A stretch of DNA of 64,000 nucleotides from Eledone cirrhosa (lineage: Eukaryota): contig OZ024753.1 of NCBI GenBank assembly GCA_964016885.1, forward strand, positions 30,876,001 through 30,940,000. The letters run 5' to 3'. The position numbers and the translations under genes were made by a program. Shown here piece by piece: positions 13,002 to 26,171 of this stretch (the first letter of the stretch is position 1; each line of letters begins with the position of its first letter). The notes beneath the pieces were generated by a model. The model ran no database searches. It saw nothing but the letters and a program-made list of their open reading frames with translations, and was not told where the DNA came from.

Positions 13002-13232
13002 CTAAGCGGTGATTTGGCTGTGCCCTGCTGACAGAATGGTGAAGGCATTGTCACGGAGAAGGCTAGCAGTATCCGCTGCAATAGCCACCTCAACGGGCTC
13101 TTTCTTCAGACGGGCTGCTGTCTTTGCGAATCTGCAGAGAAAAACGGAAGTGCGAGGATCAAGGTCAACAGAAGTCTTGACGGTGGCCGGTACGAAAAGG
13201 AACCGGTCGGTTTTCTCTTCTGCTCCCATCAG
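13002..13232 (-). pseudogene. C-terminal restriction-like endonuclease remnant of a CRE-clade (R2-group) non-LTR retrotransposon
   Basis: AEEK..DRFLFVPATVKTSVDLDPRTSVFL...EP.E / WLLQRILLA / LLRDNAFTILSA* across frameshifts resembles the CRE motif F.PvavET.G..GP....FL...QRiSia..RGNA..il. Confidence 0.55.
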
Positions 13233-13329
13233 ATATTACAGTGTTCATCAAACACTCGAGATATATGATAAATACGTAGCTGTATAGAAACGGTACAAGA
13301 CTAAGTCAACGCCGCGTAAATGTGTAAAC

Positions 13330-13650
13330 GTTAGGCCTTCATATGTTCCAACGAATAGTGTTTCAGTTGTCTGGACAACAGAACAGACTGCTCATCACAT
13401 TTAAGTGTCTGAGCATTCTTTAGACACATGTACCCTTAACGTAGTTCTCGTGAAGATTTAGCGAGACACAATGTGTGACAAGGCTAGCCATTTGAATTAC
13501 AAGTACAACTCATTTTAACCAGCTGAGTGGACGTTTGTAACAGGAATTAAAGTGTCTTTGCTCAAATCCCGCCGAAATCAACTATTTTTTCTTTTTTAGC
13601 TTTTCAGGGTTGATACATAAAATACTAGTTCAGTACTGGGGTCAGATCTT
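13330..13650. mobile_element. Degenerate SINE fragments
   Basis: ccagctgagtggac...aaagtgtctttgctcaa (minus-strand SINE body) fused to caaatcccgccga...gggttgata (plus-strand SINE). Confidence 0.4.
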
Positions 13651-14107
13651 CCTCTGTCTCTCTTCATCACTTTCTTTCGTGTGCTTCCCCCTCTCTATCT
13701 TCCCCCTTCTCTTGAAGAAATCACTAGTGTTTAGACATGGTGAAGGATGGGATCTGCCAAGTTTTAAAATGTTCAAGACACACAATGCGCCAAGATGGAG
13801 TTCTTACAATTCCTTCAGGATTGAATGGTCCCTTTCTTTACCTTTTCAAAAAAAACAAAAACAAACAAACAAATTTTTTCCTTGCTAATCTACCTTAAAA
13901 CTAATTATATTTTAGCAGGTAAGAATGTTATAAAGGTACAAATCGTGTCAAGTTAACAACTAAAGGTGATTAGACATTTGAAAACTACAGATCAAAAGTA
14001 TTGATTCTACATCTACCGAACTAATTAGTCTAATCGATATCAACAGGATATTGATTTTTAGCCAGCGTCTCTTCAATTTAGTGGCGTCTCATGTGCTACC
14101 ATTATAA

Positions 14108-14296
14108 GGGCGGTGGATTGGCAGTATCGGTAGAGGGTCGGACGCCATGTTTCCAGCATAGTTACGTCCCTTTACAATCTGAGTTCAAATCCCGCCGAGG
14201 TTGACTTTGCCTTTCATCCTTACGAGGTCTATAAAATAAAGTACCAGTAATGCACTGGGTAATTGCTGGCCTTGTGCCTAAAGTAGAAACAATTAT
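14108..14296 (+). mobile_element. tRNA-derived SINE, full length
   Basis: ggcggtggattggcagtatcggtag (A box)...gagttcaaatcccg (B box)...gtagaaacaattat; near-identical to 6193-6377. Confidence 0.8.
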
Positions 14297-14452
14297 AAGA
14301 TTATCTCTCGTATTTATCAATAATGAATTTTCACCATTGCTCTCTCTCTCTGTCTCTTTCTCTCTTTCTGTCTCTTTCTCTTTCTCTGTCTCTTTCTCTC
14401 TCTCTGTCTCTTTCTCTCTCTCTTTCTCTTTCTCTCTCTCTCTCTCTCTATA

Positions 14453-14640
14453 GTGAAGGCGCGTGTCTGGGTGGTTAGGGAATTGAATTCGCAGTTGTGA
14501 GTTCTATTAACGGACCGGGCGGTGCGTTATGTCCTTGAGCAAGACACTTTACTCCGTCTACCTGGAGTTGCGACCGATAGATAGTATTAGAAACTGGAAA
14601 GACCAACGGAAACATTTTTTCCTCGGTCCGACTTGACGAA
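14453..14640 (+). mobile_element. tRNA-derived SINE (second family)
   Basis: tgaaggcgcgtg...gtggttagg...tgtccttgagcaagacactt...ggtccgacttgacga; homologous to 4343-4605. Confidence 0.6.
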
Positions 14641-14689
14641 AAATCGATTTACACATTATATATATAAAGTGTAAATCAATATGGACGCA

Positions 14690-14795
14690 GTAAAAACCTG
14701 TTTTTGACCATTACTCATCAGAGTACTCGATACTTGGGGGAGTAATCTGGAACAAGCCGTTGAAACGGCAAGAGCTCAGCCGTCAGCAACCAGAA
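14690..14795. mobile_element. Diverged family J fragment with inversion
   Basis: Minus strand aagtatcgagtactctgatgagtaatggtc joined to plus strand GAAACGGC(AAGAGCTCA)GCCGTC. Confidence 0.4.
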
Positions 14796-14830
14796 TGTTT
14801 CATATATATATATAAGTATATATATATATA

Positions 14831-15187
14831 ATAATTGTTTCTATTTTAGGCACAAGGCCAGCAATTACTCAGTACATTACTGGTACTGTATTTTATCGAC
14901 CCCGTAAGGATGAAAGGCAAAGTTAACCTCGACGGGATTTGAACTCAGATCGTAAAGGGACGTAACTATGCTGGAAAGTATGTCCGACCTTCTACCGATA
15001 CTAATGATAATTGTTTCTACTTTTGGCACAAGGCCAGCAATTATTCCAGTGTATTACTGGTACTGTATTTTATCGACCCCGTAAGGATGAAAGGCAAAGT
15101 TAACCTCTAAAAGATTTGAACTCAGTCCGTAAAGGGACGTAACTGTGCTGCAAAGTATGGCGCCCGACTCCACCGATACTGCCAATA
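14831..15187 (-). mobile_element. Two tandem tRNA-derived SINEs
   Basis: Reverse complements of the 14108-14296 SINE at ~14831-15003 and ~15007-15187. Confidence 0.8.
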
Positions 15188-15379
15188 CCCCGATATAATA
15201 TTGATAATAATAATAAATGAGAATACTAAAATCCAAAGAGGGCTCGATAAGGATAAACATATATCAAATATATAAGAACCGTAGAGCAAATATTTAGTAA
15301 AATAACAGATTAAAGTTTAAGCAAAGAATCGCTGCTTTCACCCTTAACGGGGTCTTCTGAAAGACCCCGTTAAAGGTGT

Positions 15380-16369
15380 AAACACCCCAACCATCGATTA
15401 CCTGTACTAGACACAGAGCTCTGGTTAGATACCATTAACAACAAAAAACAAATCCTCCATTCCCATTATGCCAAACCCATGACTTCCAAACATCTGATCC
15501 ACCGAAACTCGGCCATTTCGGACCATACCAAAATCAACATACTGATTGCGGATTTGGTACGGGTGATGAGAAATGTGTCCCGCATGTGCAACCCCGAAGA
15601 ACTAGAGAGACACATACAACACTTCATCCACCGTATGCAGTTCTCTGGCTACGATCAGAGAGATAGAATCAGAGTGTATAGAGGAGCCAGAACCAAATGG
15701 GAAAAAATGGTAAATAATGACATAAATGGGACCTGCCCCTTGTATAGGAGCAACTTTTGGAATAGAATAGAAAGAACTAGGAACAAGGCTAATAGAATAA
15801 ACTCATGGTATGATAGCAATAAATACCAGAGTGTAATGTTCATCGATACAACCCCTAGAGGTGATCTAGCTTACAAATTTAGAAGGGTCCTAAATAAACA
15901 TAAACTCAATATTAAGATAGTAGAAAGACCAGGTACCTCCGTAAAAACACTTATGAGCAAGACATACCCTTTTCAAAGACCCTCATGTATAGATAAGAAA
16001 TGTGTAACCTGTAAAATAAGCCCCCATATTAACTGTAAAACTAGAAATGTAGTGTATAGCATAAGATGTACTGAAGGACAATGTAGAGACAAAAATATAG
16101 TGTACATAGGTGAGACAGCTCGTAGTGTAGGGGAACGGATAAATGAACACTGGCGAGACCTTCAAAATAATAAAGAATCATCTGTACTCTACCAACAGGC
16201 TAAGATAGAACACAAGGGTAAATTAGAGAACATAGAAATAAAAATAGAATCTACACACAGAAAAGACGCAATGTTTAGACAAATTACAGAGGCAATAAAC
16301 ATAAAAGAATTACAACCAAAATTAAATAGAAAATATGAGTGGAACAGCAACATCACAACTTACAATTAA
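15380..16369 (+). CDS. 5'-truncated Penelope-like ORF: RT C-terminus/thumb plus GIY-YIG endonuclease
   Basis: Open from 15380 (KHPNHRLPVLDTELW...HYAKPM). Thumb region, Cys linker CIDKKCVTC...C, GIY-YIG VVYSIRC...VYIGETARSVGERINEH, and EAINI...P.LN. Confidence 0.88.
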   Translation, partial: KHPNHRLPVLDTELWLDTINNKKQILHSHYAKPMTSKHLIHRNSAISDHTKINILIADLVRVMRNVSRMCNPEELERHIQHFIHRMQFSGYDQRDRIRVYRGARTKWEKMVNNDINGTCPLYRSNFWNRIERTRNKANRINSWYDSNKYQSVMFIDTTPRGDLAYKFRRVLNKHKLNIKIVERPGTSVKTLMSKTYPFQRPSCIDKKCVTCKISPHINCKTRNVVYSIRCTEGQCRDKNIVYIGETARSVGERINEHWRDLQNNKESSVLYQQAKIEHKGKLENIEIKIESTHRKDAMFRQITEAINIKELQPKLNRKYEWNSNITTYN

Positions 16370-16570
16370 GGCCAAATGAAAACACACACACACACATAGA
16401 ACAAACAACAAACCAGTAACATGTAAATAAACAAATAAATAAATGAACATAAACACACACAGACACCCGGATGTGGCGCATGCGCAGACTGAGTACACAA
16501 CACACACACAGAAACAAAATGGCGTAGGACAGAACAAAGGAGAGGCACAGAAACAAAGAAAGGAATCCCC

Positions 16571-16615
16571 AGTCACTGAAGAGGTCACAGAGTGTGTGAC
16601 GAAAGAACTATGACT
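16571..16615 (+). ncRNA. Minimal type I hammerhead ribozyme in the Penelope pLTR
   Basis: AGUCA-CUGAAGA-G-GUCACA(GAGUG)UGUGAC-GAAAG(AA)CUA-UGACU. Confidence 0.75.
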
Positions 16616-16819
16616 ATATATAAACAACTATCTGGTTGTGGAACCAACCAAGTTTGTAGATTTGTAAATTTATAAATTTATAAATATATAATAAATTGAA
16701 GTGAAAGCAACTGGTGCGTGTGTTTCTTATTGGCAACATGACCCTCCCAAAGTATAACAATATCGGATTCAACACACGATTTCAGATAAAGAATCTTGCT
16801 AAACAAATTCAGAAACGAA

Positions 16820-17020
16820 ATATATATATATATATATGTATATGTATATATGTATATGTATATATGTATATGTATATGTATATATATATATGTATATATA
16901 TATATATGTATATATATGTATATATATGTATGTATATATATATATGTATATGTATATATATGTATATATATATATGTATATGTATATATATGTATATATA
17001 TATATGTATATATATATATG

Positions 17021-17071
<51 letters not shown>

Positions 17072-17120
17072 GTATATATATATATGTGTATATATGTATA
17101 TATATATATGTGTATATATG

Positions 17121-17173
<53 letters not shown>

Positions 17174-17241
17174 GTATATATGTGTATGTATATATGTATA
17201 TATGTGTATATATGTATGTGTATATATATATGTATATGTAT

Positions 17242-17291
<50 letters not shown>

Positions 17292-17484
17292 GTATGTATA
17301 TATATATATGTATGTATATATATATATGTATGTATATATATATATGTATGTATATATATATATGTATGTATATATATATATGTATGTATATATATATATG
17401 TATGTATATATATATATATATGTATGTATATATATATGTGTATGTATATATATATGTATATGTATATGTATATATATGTATATG

Positions 17485-17515
<31 letters not shown>

Positions 17516-18240
17516 GTGTATATGTATATGTATATGTGTATATGTATATGTATATATGTATATGTATATATATATATGTGTATATATGTATATATATATA
17601 TGTGTATATATGTATATATATATATGTGTATATATGTATATATATGTGTATATATGTATATATATGTGTATATATGTATATATATGTGTATATATGTATA
17701 TATATGTGTATATATATATATATGTATATATATGTGTATATATATATGTGTATATATATATATATTTATATATATGTGTATATATATATATGTGTATATA
17801 TATATATATGTATATATATGTATATATATATGTATATATGTATATATGTATATATATATGTATATATATATGTATATATATATGTATATATATATGTATA
17901 TATATGTATATATATATATGTATATATATGTATATGTATATATATGTATATATATGTATATATATATATATATGTATATATATGTATATATATGTATATA
18001 TATATATATATGTATATATATGTATATATATGTATATATATATATATGTATATATATGTATATATATATATATGTATATATATGTATATATATGTATATA
18101 TATGTATATATATATATATATATATATGTATTTATATGTATATATATATATGTGTATATATATATATGTATATATATGTATATGTATATATATATGTATA
18201 TATATGTGTATATATATATGTATATATATATATATGTATA

Positions 18241-18285
<45 letters not shown>

Positions 18286-18416
18286 GTATATATATATGTA
18301 TATATATATGTATATATATGTATATGTATATATATGTATATGTATATATATGTATATGTATATATATGTATATGTATATATATGTATATATATATATATG
18401 TATATGTATATATATG

Positions 18417-18463
<47 letters not shown>

Positions 18464-18477
18464 GTATATATATATGT

Positions 18478-18528
<51 letters not shown>

Positions 18529-18604
18529 TGTATATGTATATATATGTATATGTATATATATGTATATATATATATATGTATATATATGTATATGTATATA
18601 TATG

Positions 18605-18637
<33 letters not shown>

Positions 18638-18708
18638 GTATGTATATGTATATATATGTATATGTATATATATATATATGTTTATATATATATATATGTA
18701 TGTATATG

Positions 18709-18739
<31 letters not shown>

Positions 18740-18885
18740 GTATATATATGTATATATATGTATATATATATATATGTATATATATGTATATATATATATA
18801 TGTATATATATGTATATATATATATATGTATATATATGTATATATATGTATATGTATATATATGTATATATATGTATATATATGT

Positions 18886-18931
<46 letters not shown>

Positions 18932-18963
18932 GTATATATATATATATGTATATATATGTATAT
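16820..18963. repeat. Imperfect (TA)n/(TATG) microsatellite array
   Basis: Direct inspection. Confidence 0.95.
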
Positions 18964-21900
18964 ATAAATTGAAACAAAATGAAAACGAAATTTCATTTCT
19001 CACTCTTAGTATGGCACTTACTTAAATGTAAGTATGCATGTATACGTACATACATATATGTATACAGACGTACAGTAGCATGCTCAGCCGTTAATTTTCA
19101 TAAGGAAAGTATATACTTTCGAACGTTCAACTATCTGGCAGATGGGTAAACGGTGCTGATGATAGCTAACAAGCTTGAAACTAGTACATCGTTCCTGTGT
19201 CAGTGTTGAACAAAAAGGTGACGTGGTTGCCTTAACACCGTATGGCATAAATTCAGGCTGTTCAGTTTGTTTACAAACGAACAAAGCGACGTTAGCGCCG
19301 CTAAACTGATACGTGCATATATGTATGTGTACCTGTATGCATATGTATATATATATGTATATATATATATATATGTGCATGCTACTGTACGTCTGTATAC
19401 ATATATGTATGTACGTATACATGCATACTTACATTTAAGTAAGTGCCATACTAAGAGTGAGAAGAAATTTCGTTTTCATTTTGTTTCAATTTATCGTTTT
19501 CGGTATGCCTGACCGATTTAACTCACTCAATATGCAAATTAGGCTGCTCAGCCGTTAATTTTCATAAGGAAAGTATATACTTTCGAACGTTCAACTATCT
19601 GGCAGATGGGTAAACGGTGCTGATGATAGCTAACAAGCTTGAAACTAGTACATCGTTCCTGTGTCAGTGTTGAACAAAAAGGTGACGTGGTTGCCTTAAC
19701 ACCGTATGGCATAAATTCAGGCTGTTCAGTTTGTTTACAAACGAACAAAGCGACGTTAGCGCCGCTAAACTGATACGTGCATATATGTATGTGTACCTGT
19801 ATGCATATGTATATATATATGTATATATATATATATGTGCATGCTACTGTACGTCTGTATACATATATGTATGTACGTTATACATGCATACTTACATTTA
19901 AGTAAGTGCCATACTAAGAGTGAGAAATGAAATTTCGTTTTCATTTTGTTTCAATTTATCGTTTTCGGTATGCCTGACCGATTTAACTCACTCAATATGC
20001 AAATTAGGCTGCTCAGCCGTTAATTTCATAAGGAAAGTATATACTTTCGAACGTTCAACTATCTGGCAGATGGGTAAACGGTGCTGATGATAGCTAACAA
20101 GCTTGAAACTAGTACATCGTTCCTGTGTCAGTGTTGAACAAAAAGGTGACGTGGTTGCCTTAACACCGTATGGCATAAATTCAGGCTGTTCAGTTTGTTT
20201 ACAAACGAACAAAGCGACGTTAGCGCCGCTAAACTGATACGTGCATATATGTATGTGTACCTGTATGCATATGTATATATATATGTATATATATATATAT
20301 ATGTGCATGCTACTGTACGTCTGTATACATATATGTATGTACGTATACATGCATACTTACATTTAAGTAAGTGCCATACTAAGAGTGAGAAATGAAATTT
20401 CGTTTTCATTTTGTTTCAATTTATCGTTTTCGGTATGCCTGACCGATTTAACTCACTCAATATGCAAATTAGGCTGCTCAGCCGTTAATTTTCATAAGGA
20501 AAGTATATACTTTCGAACGTTCAACTATCTGGCAGATGGGTAAACGGTGCTGATGATAGCTAACAAGCTTGAAACTAGTACATCGTTCCTGTGTCAGTGT
20601 TGAACAAAAAGGTGACGTGGTTGCCTTAACACCGTATGGCATAAATTCAGGCTGTTCAGTTTGTTTACAAACGAACAAAGCGACGTTAGCGCCGCTAAAC
20701 TGATACGTGCATATATGTATGTGTACCTGTATGCATATGTATATATATATGTATATATATATATATATGTGCATGCTACTGTACGTCTGTATACATATAT
20801 GTATGTACGTATACATGCATACTTACATTTAAGTAAGTGCCATACTAAGAGTGAGAAATGAAATTTCGTTTTCATTTTGTTTCAATTTATCGTTTTCGGT
20901 ATGCCTGACCGATTTAACTCACTCAATATGCAAATTAGGCTGCTCAGCCGTTAATTTCATAAGGAAAGTATATACTTTCGAACGTTCAACTATCTGGCAG
21001 ATGGGTGAACGGTGCTGATGATAGCTAACAAGCTTGAAACTAGTACATCGTTCCTGTGTCAGTGTTGAACAAAAAGGTGACGTGGTTGCCTTAACACCGT
21101 ATGGCATAAATTCAGGCTGTTCAGTTTGTTTACAAACGAACAAAGCGACGTTAGCGCCGCTAAACTGATACGTGCATATATGTATGTGTACCTGTATGCA
21201 TATGTATATATATATGTATATATATATATATATGTGCATGCTACTGTACGTCTGTATACATATATGTATGTACGTATACATGCATACTTACATTTAAGTA
21301 AGTGCCATACTAAGAGTGAGAAATGAAATTTCGTTTTCATTTTGTTTCAATTTATCGTTTTCGGTATGCCTGACCGATTTAACTCACTCAATATGCAAAT
21401 TAGGCTGCTCAGCCGTTAATTTTCATAAGGAAAGTATATACTTTCGAACGTTCAACTATCTGGCAGATGGGTAAACGGTGCTGATGATAGCTAACAAGCT
21501 TGAAACTAGTACATCGTTCCTGTGTCAGTGTTGAACAAAAAGGTGACGTGGTTGCCTTAACACCGTATGGCATAAATTCAGGCTGTTCAGTTTGTTTACA
21601 AACGAACAAAGCGACGTTAGCGCCGCTAAACTGATACGTGCATATATGTATGTGTACCTGTATGCATATGTATATATATATGTATATATATATATATGTG
21701 CATGCTACTGTACGTCTGTATACATATATGTATGTACGTATACATGCATACTTACATTTAAGTAAGTGCCATACTAAGAGTGAGAAATGAAATTTCGTTT
21801 TCATTTTGTTTCAATTTATCGTTTTCGGTATGCCTGACCGATTTAACTCACTCAATATGCAAATTAGGCTGCTCAGCCGTTAATTTTCATAAGGAAAGTA

Positions 21901-23158
21901 TATACTTTCGAACGTTCAACTATCTGGCAGATGGGTAAACGGTGCTGATGATAGCTAACAAGCTTGAAACTAGTACATCGTTCCTGTGTCAGTGTTGAAC
22001 AAAAAGGTGACGTGGTTGCCTTAACACCGTATGGCATAAATTCAGGCTGTTCAGTTTGTTTACAAACGAACAAAGCGACGTTAGCGCCGCTAAACTGATA
22101 CGTGCATATATGTATGTGTACCTGTATGCATATGTATATATATATGTATATATATATATATATGTGCATGCTACTGTACGTCTGTATACATATATGTATG
22201 TACGTATACATGCATACTTACATTTAAGTAAGTGCCATACTAAGAGTGAGAAATGAAATTTCGTTTTCATTTTGTTTCAATTTATCGTTTTCGGTATGCC
22301 TGACCGATTTAACTCACTCAATATGCAAATTAGGCTGCTCAGCCGTTAATTTTCATAAGGAAAGTATATACTTTCGAACGTTCAACTATCTGGCAGATGG
22401 GTAAACGGTGCTGATGATAGCTAACAAGCTTGAAACTAGTACATCGTTCCTGTGTCAGTGTTGAACAAAAAGGTGACGTGGTTGCCTTAACACCGTATGG
22501 CATAAATTCAGGCTGTTCAGTTTGTTTACAAACGAACAAAGCGACGTTAGCGCCGCTAAACTGATACGTGCATATATGTATGTGTACCTGTATGCATATG
22601 TATATATATATGTATATATATATATATATGTGCATGCTACTGTACGTCTGTATACATATATGTATGTACGTATACATGCATACTTACATTTAAGTAAGTG
22701 CCATACTAAGAGTGAGAAATGAAATTTCGTTTTCATTTTGTTTCAATTTATCGTTTTCGGTATGCCTGACCGATTTAACTCACTCAATATGCAAATTAGG
22801 CTGCTCAGCCGTTAATTTTCATAAGGAAAGTATATACTTTCGAACGTTCAACTATCTGGCAGATGGGTAAACGGTGCTGATGATAGCTAACAAGCTTGAA
22901 ACTAGTACATCGTTCCTGTGTCAGTGTTGAACAAAAAGGTGACGTGGTTGCCTTAACACCGTATGGCATAAATTCAGGCTGTTCAGTTTGTTTACAAACG
23001 AACAAAGCGACGTTAGCGCCGCTAAACTGATACGTGCATATATGTATGTGTACCTGTATGCATATGTATATATATATGTATATATATATATATATGTGCA
23101 TGCTACTGTACGTCTGTATACATATATGTATGTACGTATACATGCATACTTACATTTA
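18964..23158 (+). mobile_element. Tandem array of ~9 x ~465-bp HHR-containing monomers (non-LTR retrozyme-like) with a 5' inverted segment
   Basis: Near-identical units with HHRs starting at 19149, 19613, 20077, 20543, 21008, 21474, 21938, 22404 and 22870. 18964-19083 is the reverse complement of part of the unit. Flanked by (TA)n on both sides. Confidence 0.85.
19149..19193 (+). ncRNA. Minimal type I hammerhead ribozyme (first of 9 copies)
   Basis: AACGGUG-CUGAUGA-UAGC(UAACAA)GCUU-GAAAC(UA)GUA-CAUCGUU. Helix I extends through CUGGCA/UGUCAG and GUUCAAC/GUUGAAC (19125-19211). Confidence 0.85.
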
Positions 23159-23334
23159 TGTATATATATATATATGTATATATATGTGTATATATATATA
23201 TGTATATATATGTGTATATATATGTGTATATATATATATATGTATATATATGTGTATATATATGTGTATATATATATATATGTGTATATATATATATATA
23301 TATATGTGTATATATATATATATGTATATATGTG

Positions 23335-23367
<33 letters not shown>

Positions 23368-23378
23368 GTATATATGTG

Positions 23379-23415
<37 letters not shown>

Positions 23416-23446
23416 GTATATATGTGTATATATATATATATATGTA

Positions 23447-23485
<39 letters not shown>

Positions 23486-23510
23486 ATATATATATATATG
23501 TATATATGTG

Positions 23511-23543
<33 letters not shown>

Positions 23544-24816
23544 GTATATATGTGTATATATATATATATATATATGTATATATGTGTATATATATATATG
23601 TGTATATATATATATGTATATATAATACATTTAGAAACACACAGATACATGCGGACACACACATATATACATGAATGCATCCGCACCCAACTGTGAGTTA
23701 AGGGTGCCAACTTCACCGATGTTGCTCAATGAATGACTGGGACAGACCAATTCAGTTTGAACCAGACTGAACCATATATATGTATATATGTGTATATATA
23801 TATATGTGTATATATATATATATGTATATATATGTATATATGTGTATATATATATATATGTATATATGTGTATATATATATATGTGTATATATATATATA
23901 TGTATATATGTGTATATATATATATATGTATATATGTGTATATATGTATATGTGTATATATATATATATGTATATATGTGTATATATATATATGTGTATA
24001 TATATATATGTATATATGTGTATATATATATATGTGTATATATATATATATGTATATATGTGTATATATATATATATGTGTATATATATATATATGTGTA
24101 TATATATATATATGTATATATGTGTATATATATATATATGTGTATATATATATATATGTATATATGTGTATATATATATATGTGTATATATATGTATATA
24201 TGTGTATATATATATATATGTATATATGTGTATGTATATATATATATATGTATATATGTGTATGTATATATATATATATGTATATATGTGTATGTATATA
24301 TATATATGTGTATATGTGTATGTATATATATATATATGTATATATGTGTATGTATATATATATATATGTATATATGTGTATGTATATATATATATATGTA
24401 TATATGTGTATGTATATATATATATATGTATATATGTGTATGTATATATATATATATGTATATATGTGTATATATATATATATGTATATATGTGTATGTA
24501 TATATATATATATGTATATATGTGTATATATATATATGTATATATATGTATATATGTATATATATGTATATATGTATATATATATATATATGTATATATA
24601 TGTATATATGTGTATATATATATATGTATATATGTGTATATATATATATATATGTATATATGTGTATATATATATATATGTATATATGTGTATATATATA
24701 TATATATGTATATATGTGTATATATATATATATATGTATATATGTGTATATATGTATATATATGTATATATATATATGTATATATATGTATATATATATA
24801 TATATGTGTATATATG

Positions 24817-24847
<31 letters not shown>

Positions 24848-25142
24848 GTATATATATGTATATATATGTATATATATGTATATATATATGTATATATATA
24901 TGTATACATATATGTATACATATATGTATACATATATGTATATATATATGTATACATATATGTATATATATATGTATATATATATGTATATATATATGTA
25001 TATATATATGTATATATATGTATATGTATATATATATGTATATATATGTATATGAATATATATGTATATATATATGTATATATATATGTATATATATATG
25101 TATATATATATGTATATATATATGTATATATATATGTGTATA

Positions 25143-25173
<31 letters not shown>

Positions 25174-25180
25174 GTGTATA

Positions 25181-25231
<51 letters not shown>

Positions 25232-25282
25232 GTATGTATATATATGTATATATATATGTATATATATATGTATATATATATG

Positions 25283-25339
<57 letters not shown>

Positions 25340-25479
25340 GTATGTATATATATGTATATATATATATATGTATGTATATATATGTATATATATATGTATA
25401 TATATATGTATATATATATGTATGTATATATATGTATATATATATGTATATATATATGTATGTATATATATGTATATAT

Positions 25480-26089
25480 GTCAGGTCACCAGTTGGTGCT
25501 ACTGGTAACATGTATCCCAGTACAACCTGTCCCATGGTCGGGTCGTTGGCGACTAAACTGGCAACCCCACCAAGGTTTCTTGGTGAGGAGGGTGACTTTG
25601 GACATCCTGCAGGACTAAAAACAAAACCTGTCAAAGGGCAAAGGAGCTCTTAAGAGTCAATGGCCATCCAAAATCACCGGGAGAGATGACCCCTTAGCCT
25701 TTGTCAAGGCAGAATTCTAGGAGAAGGAAAACTCTGATATAACACCTGCAACCCTGATGGTATCCAATGATGTTGACTTGTTCTTCTTTTTGGTAAATAT
25801 CATCTTGGTTAAGAGAGTGGGACTGGCTTTGTGCAGTGCCTTTGCTCACTATAAAAGCTTCACGGCACAGGCATTGCTTTATATCTGGAGATCTCTCTGC
25901 ACTTGTCGTCACATGGTACCATGGGCCCAGCACTATGTGTCAGTAATTGTCACAAGTGTAGTGTTTGTACCAGAGTTTTCAAGTCGCTGGCTGGACTAAA
26001 AAGTCACACTCGTTCAGCGCATCGGTAGGGGTTCTCCTACATGGATATAAAGTAGTGGCCGTACTCGAAAACGAGTTGGCAGCCACCAT
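25480..26089 (+). mobile_element. ~610-bp non-autonomous RTE-derived (bipartite) element, full copy
   Basis: Has an RTE 5'UTR-like ctaggagaaggaaaactctga motif and the RTE ORF terminal C2H2 remnant [23 protein letters not shown]. 3' hairpin actcgaaaacgagt, then (TA)n. Five copies in the window. Confidence 0.65.
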
Positions 26090-26131
26090 ATATATGTATA
26101 TATATATATATGTATGTATATATATATGTAT

Positions 26132-26171
<40 letters not shown>

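Larger units (their letters stand above)
15380..16820 (+). mobile_element. Penelope-like element (family E): ORF, 3' pseudo-LTR with HHR and short ORF-start tail, into (TA)n
   Basis: The ORF above plus a 3' region repeated at 44337-44780, 57861-57942 and 62850-63087. Confidence 0.85.

Noticed and set aside
19084-23143. Repeated 112/93/66-aa ORFs in the 465-bp array
   Set aside because: Partly microsatellite-encoded, broken by indels between units and without recognisable domains; the RNA fold explains the unit better.
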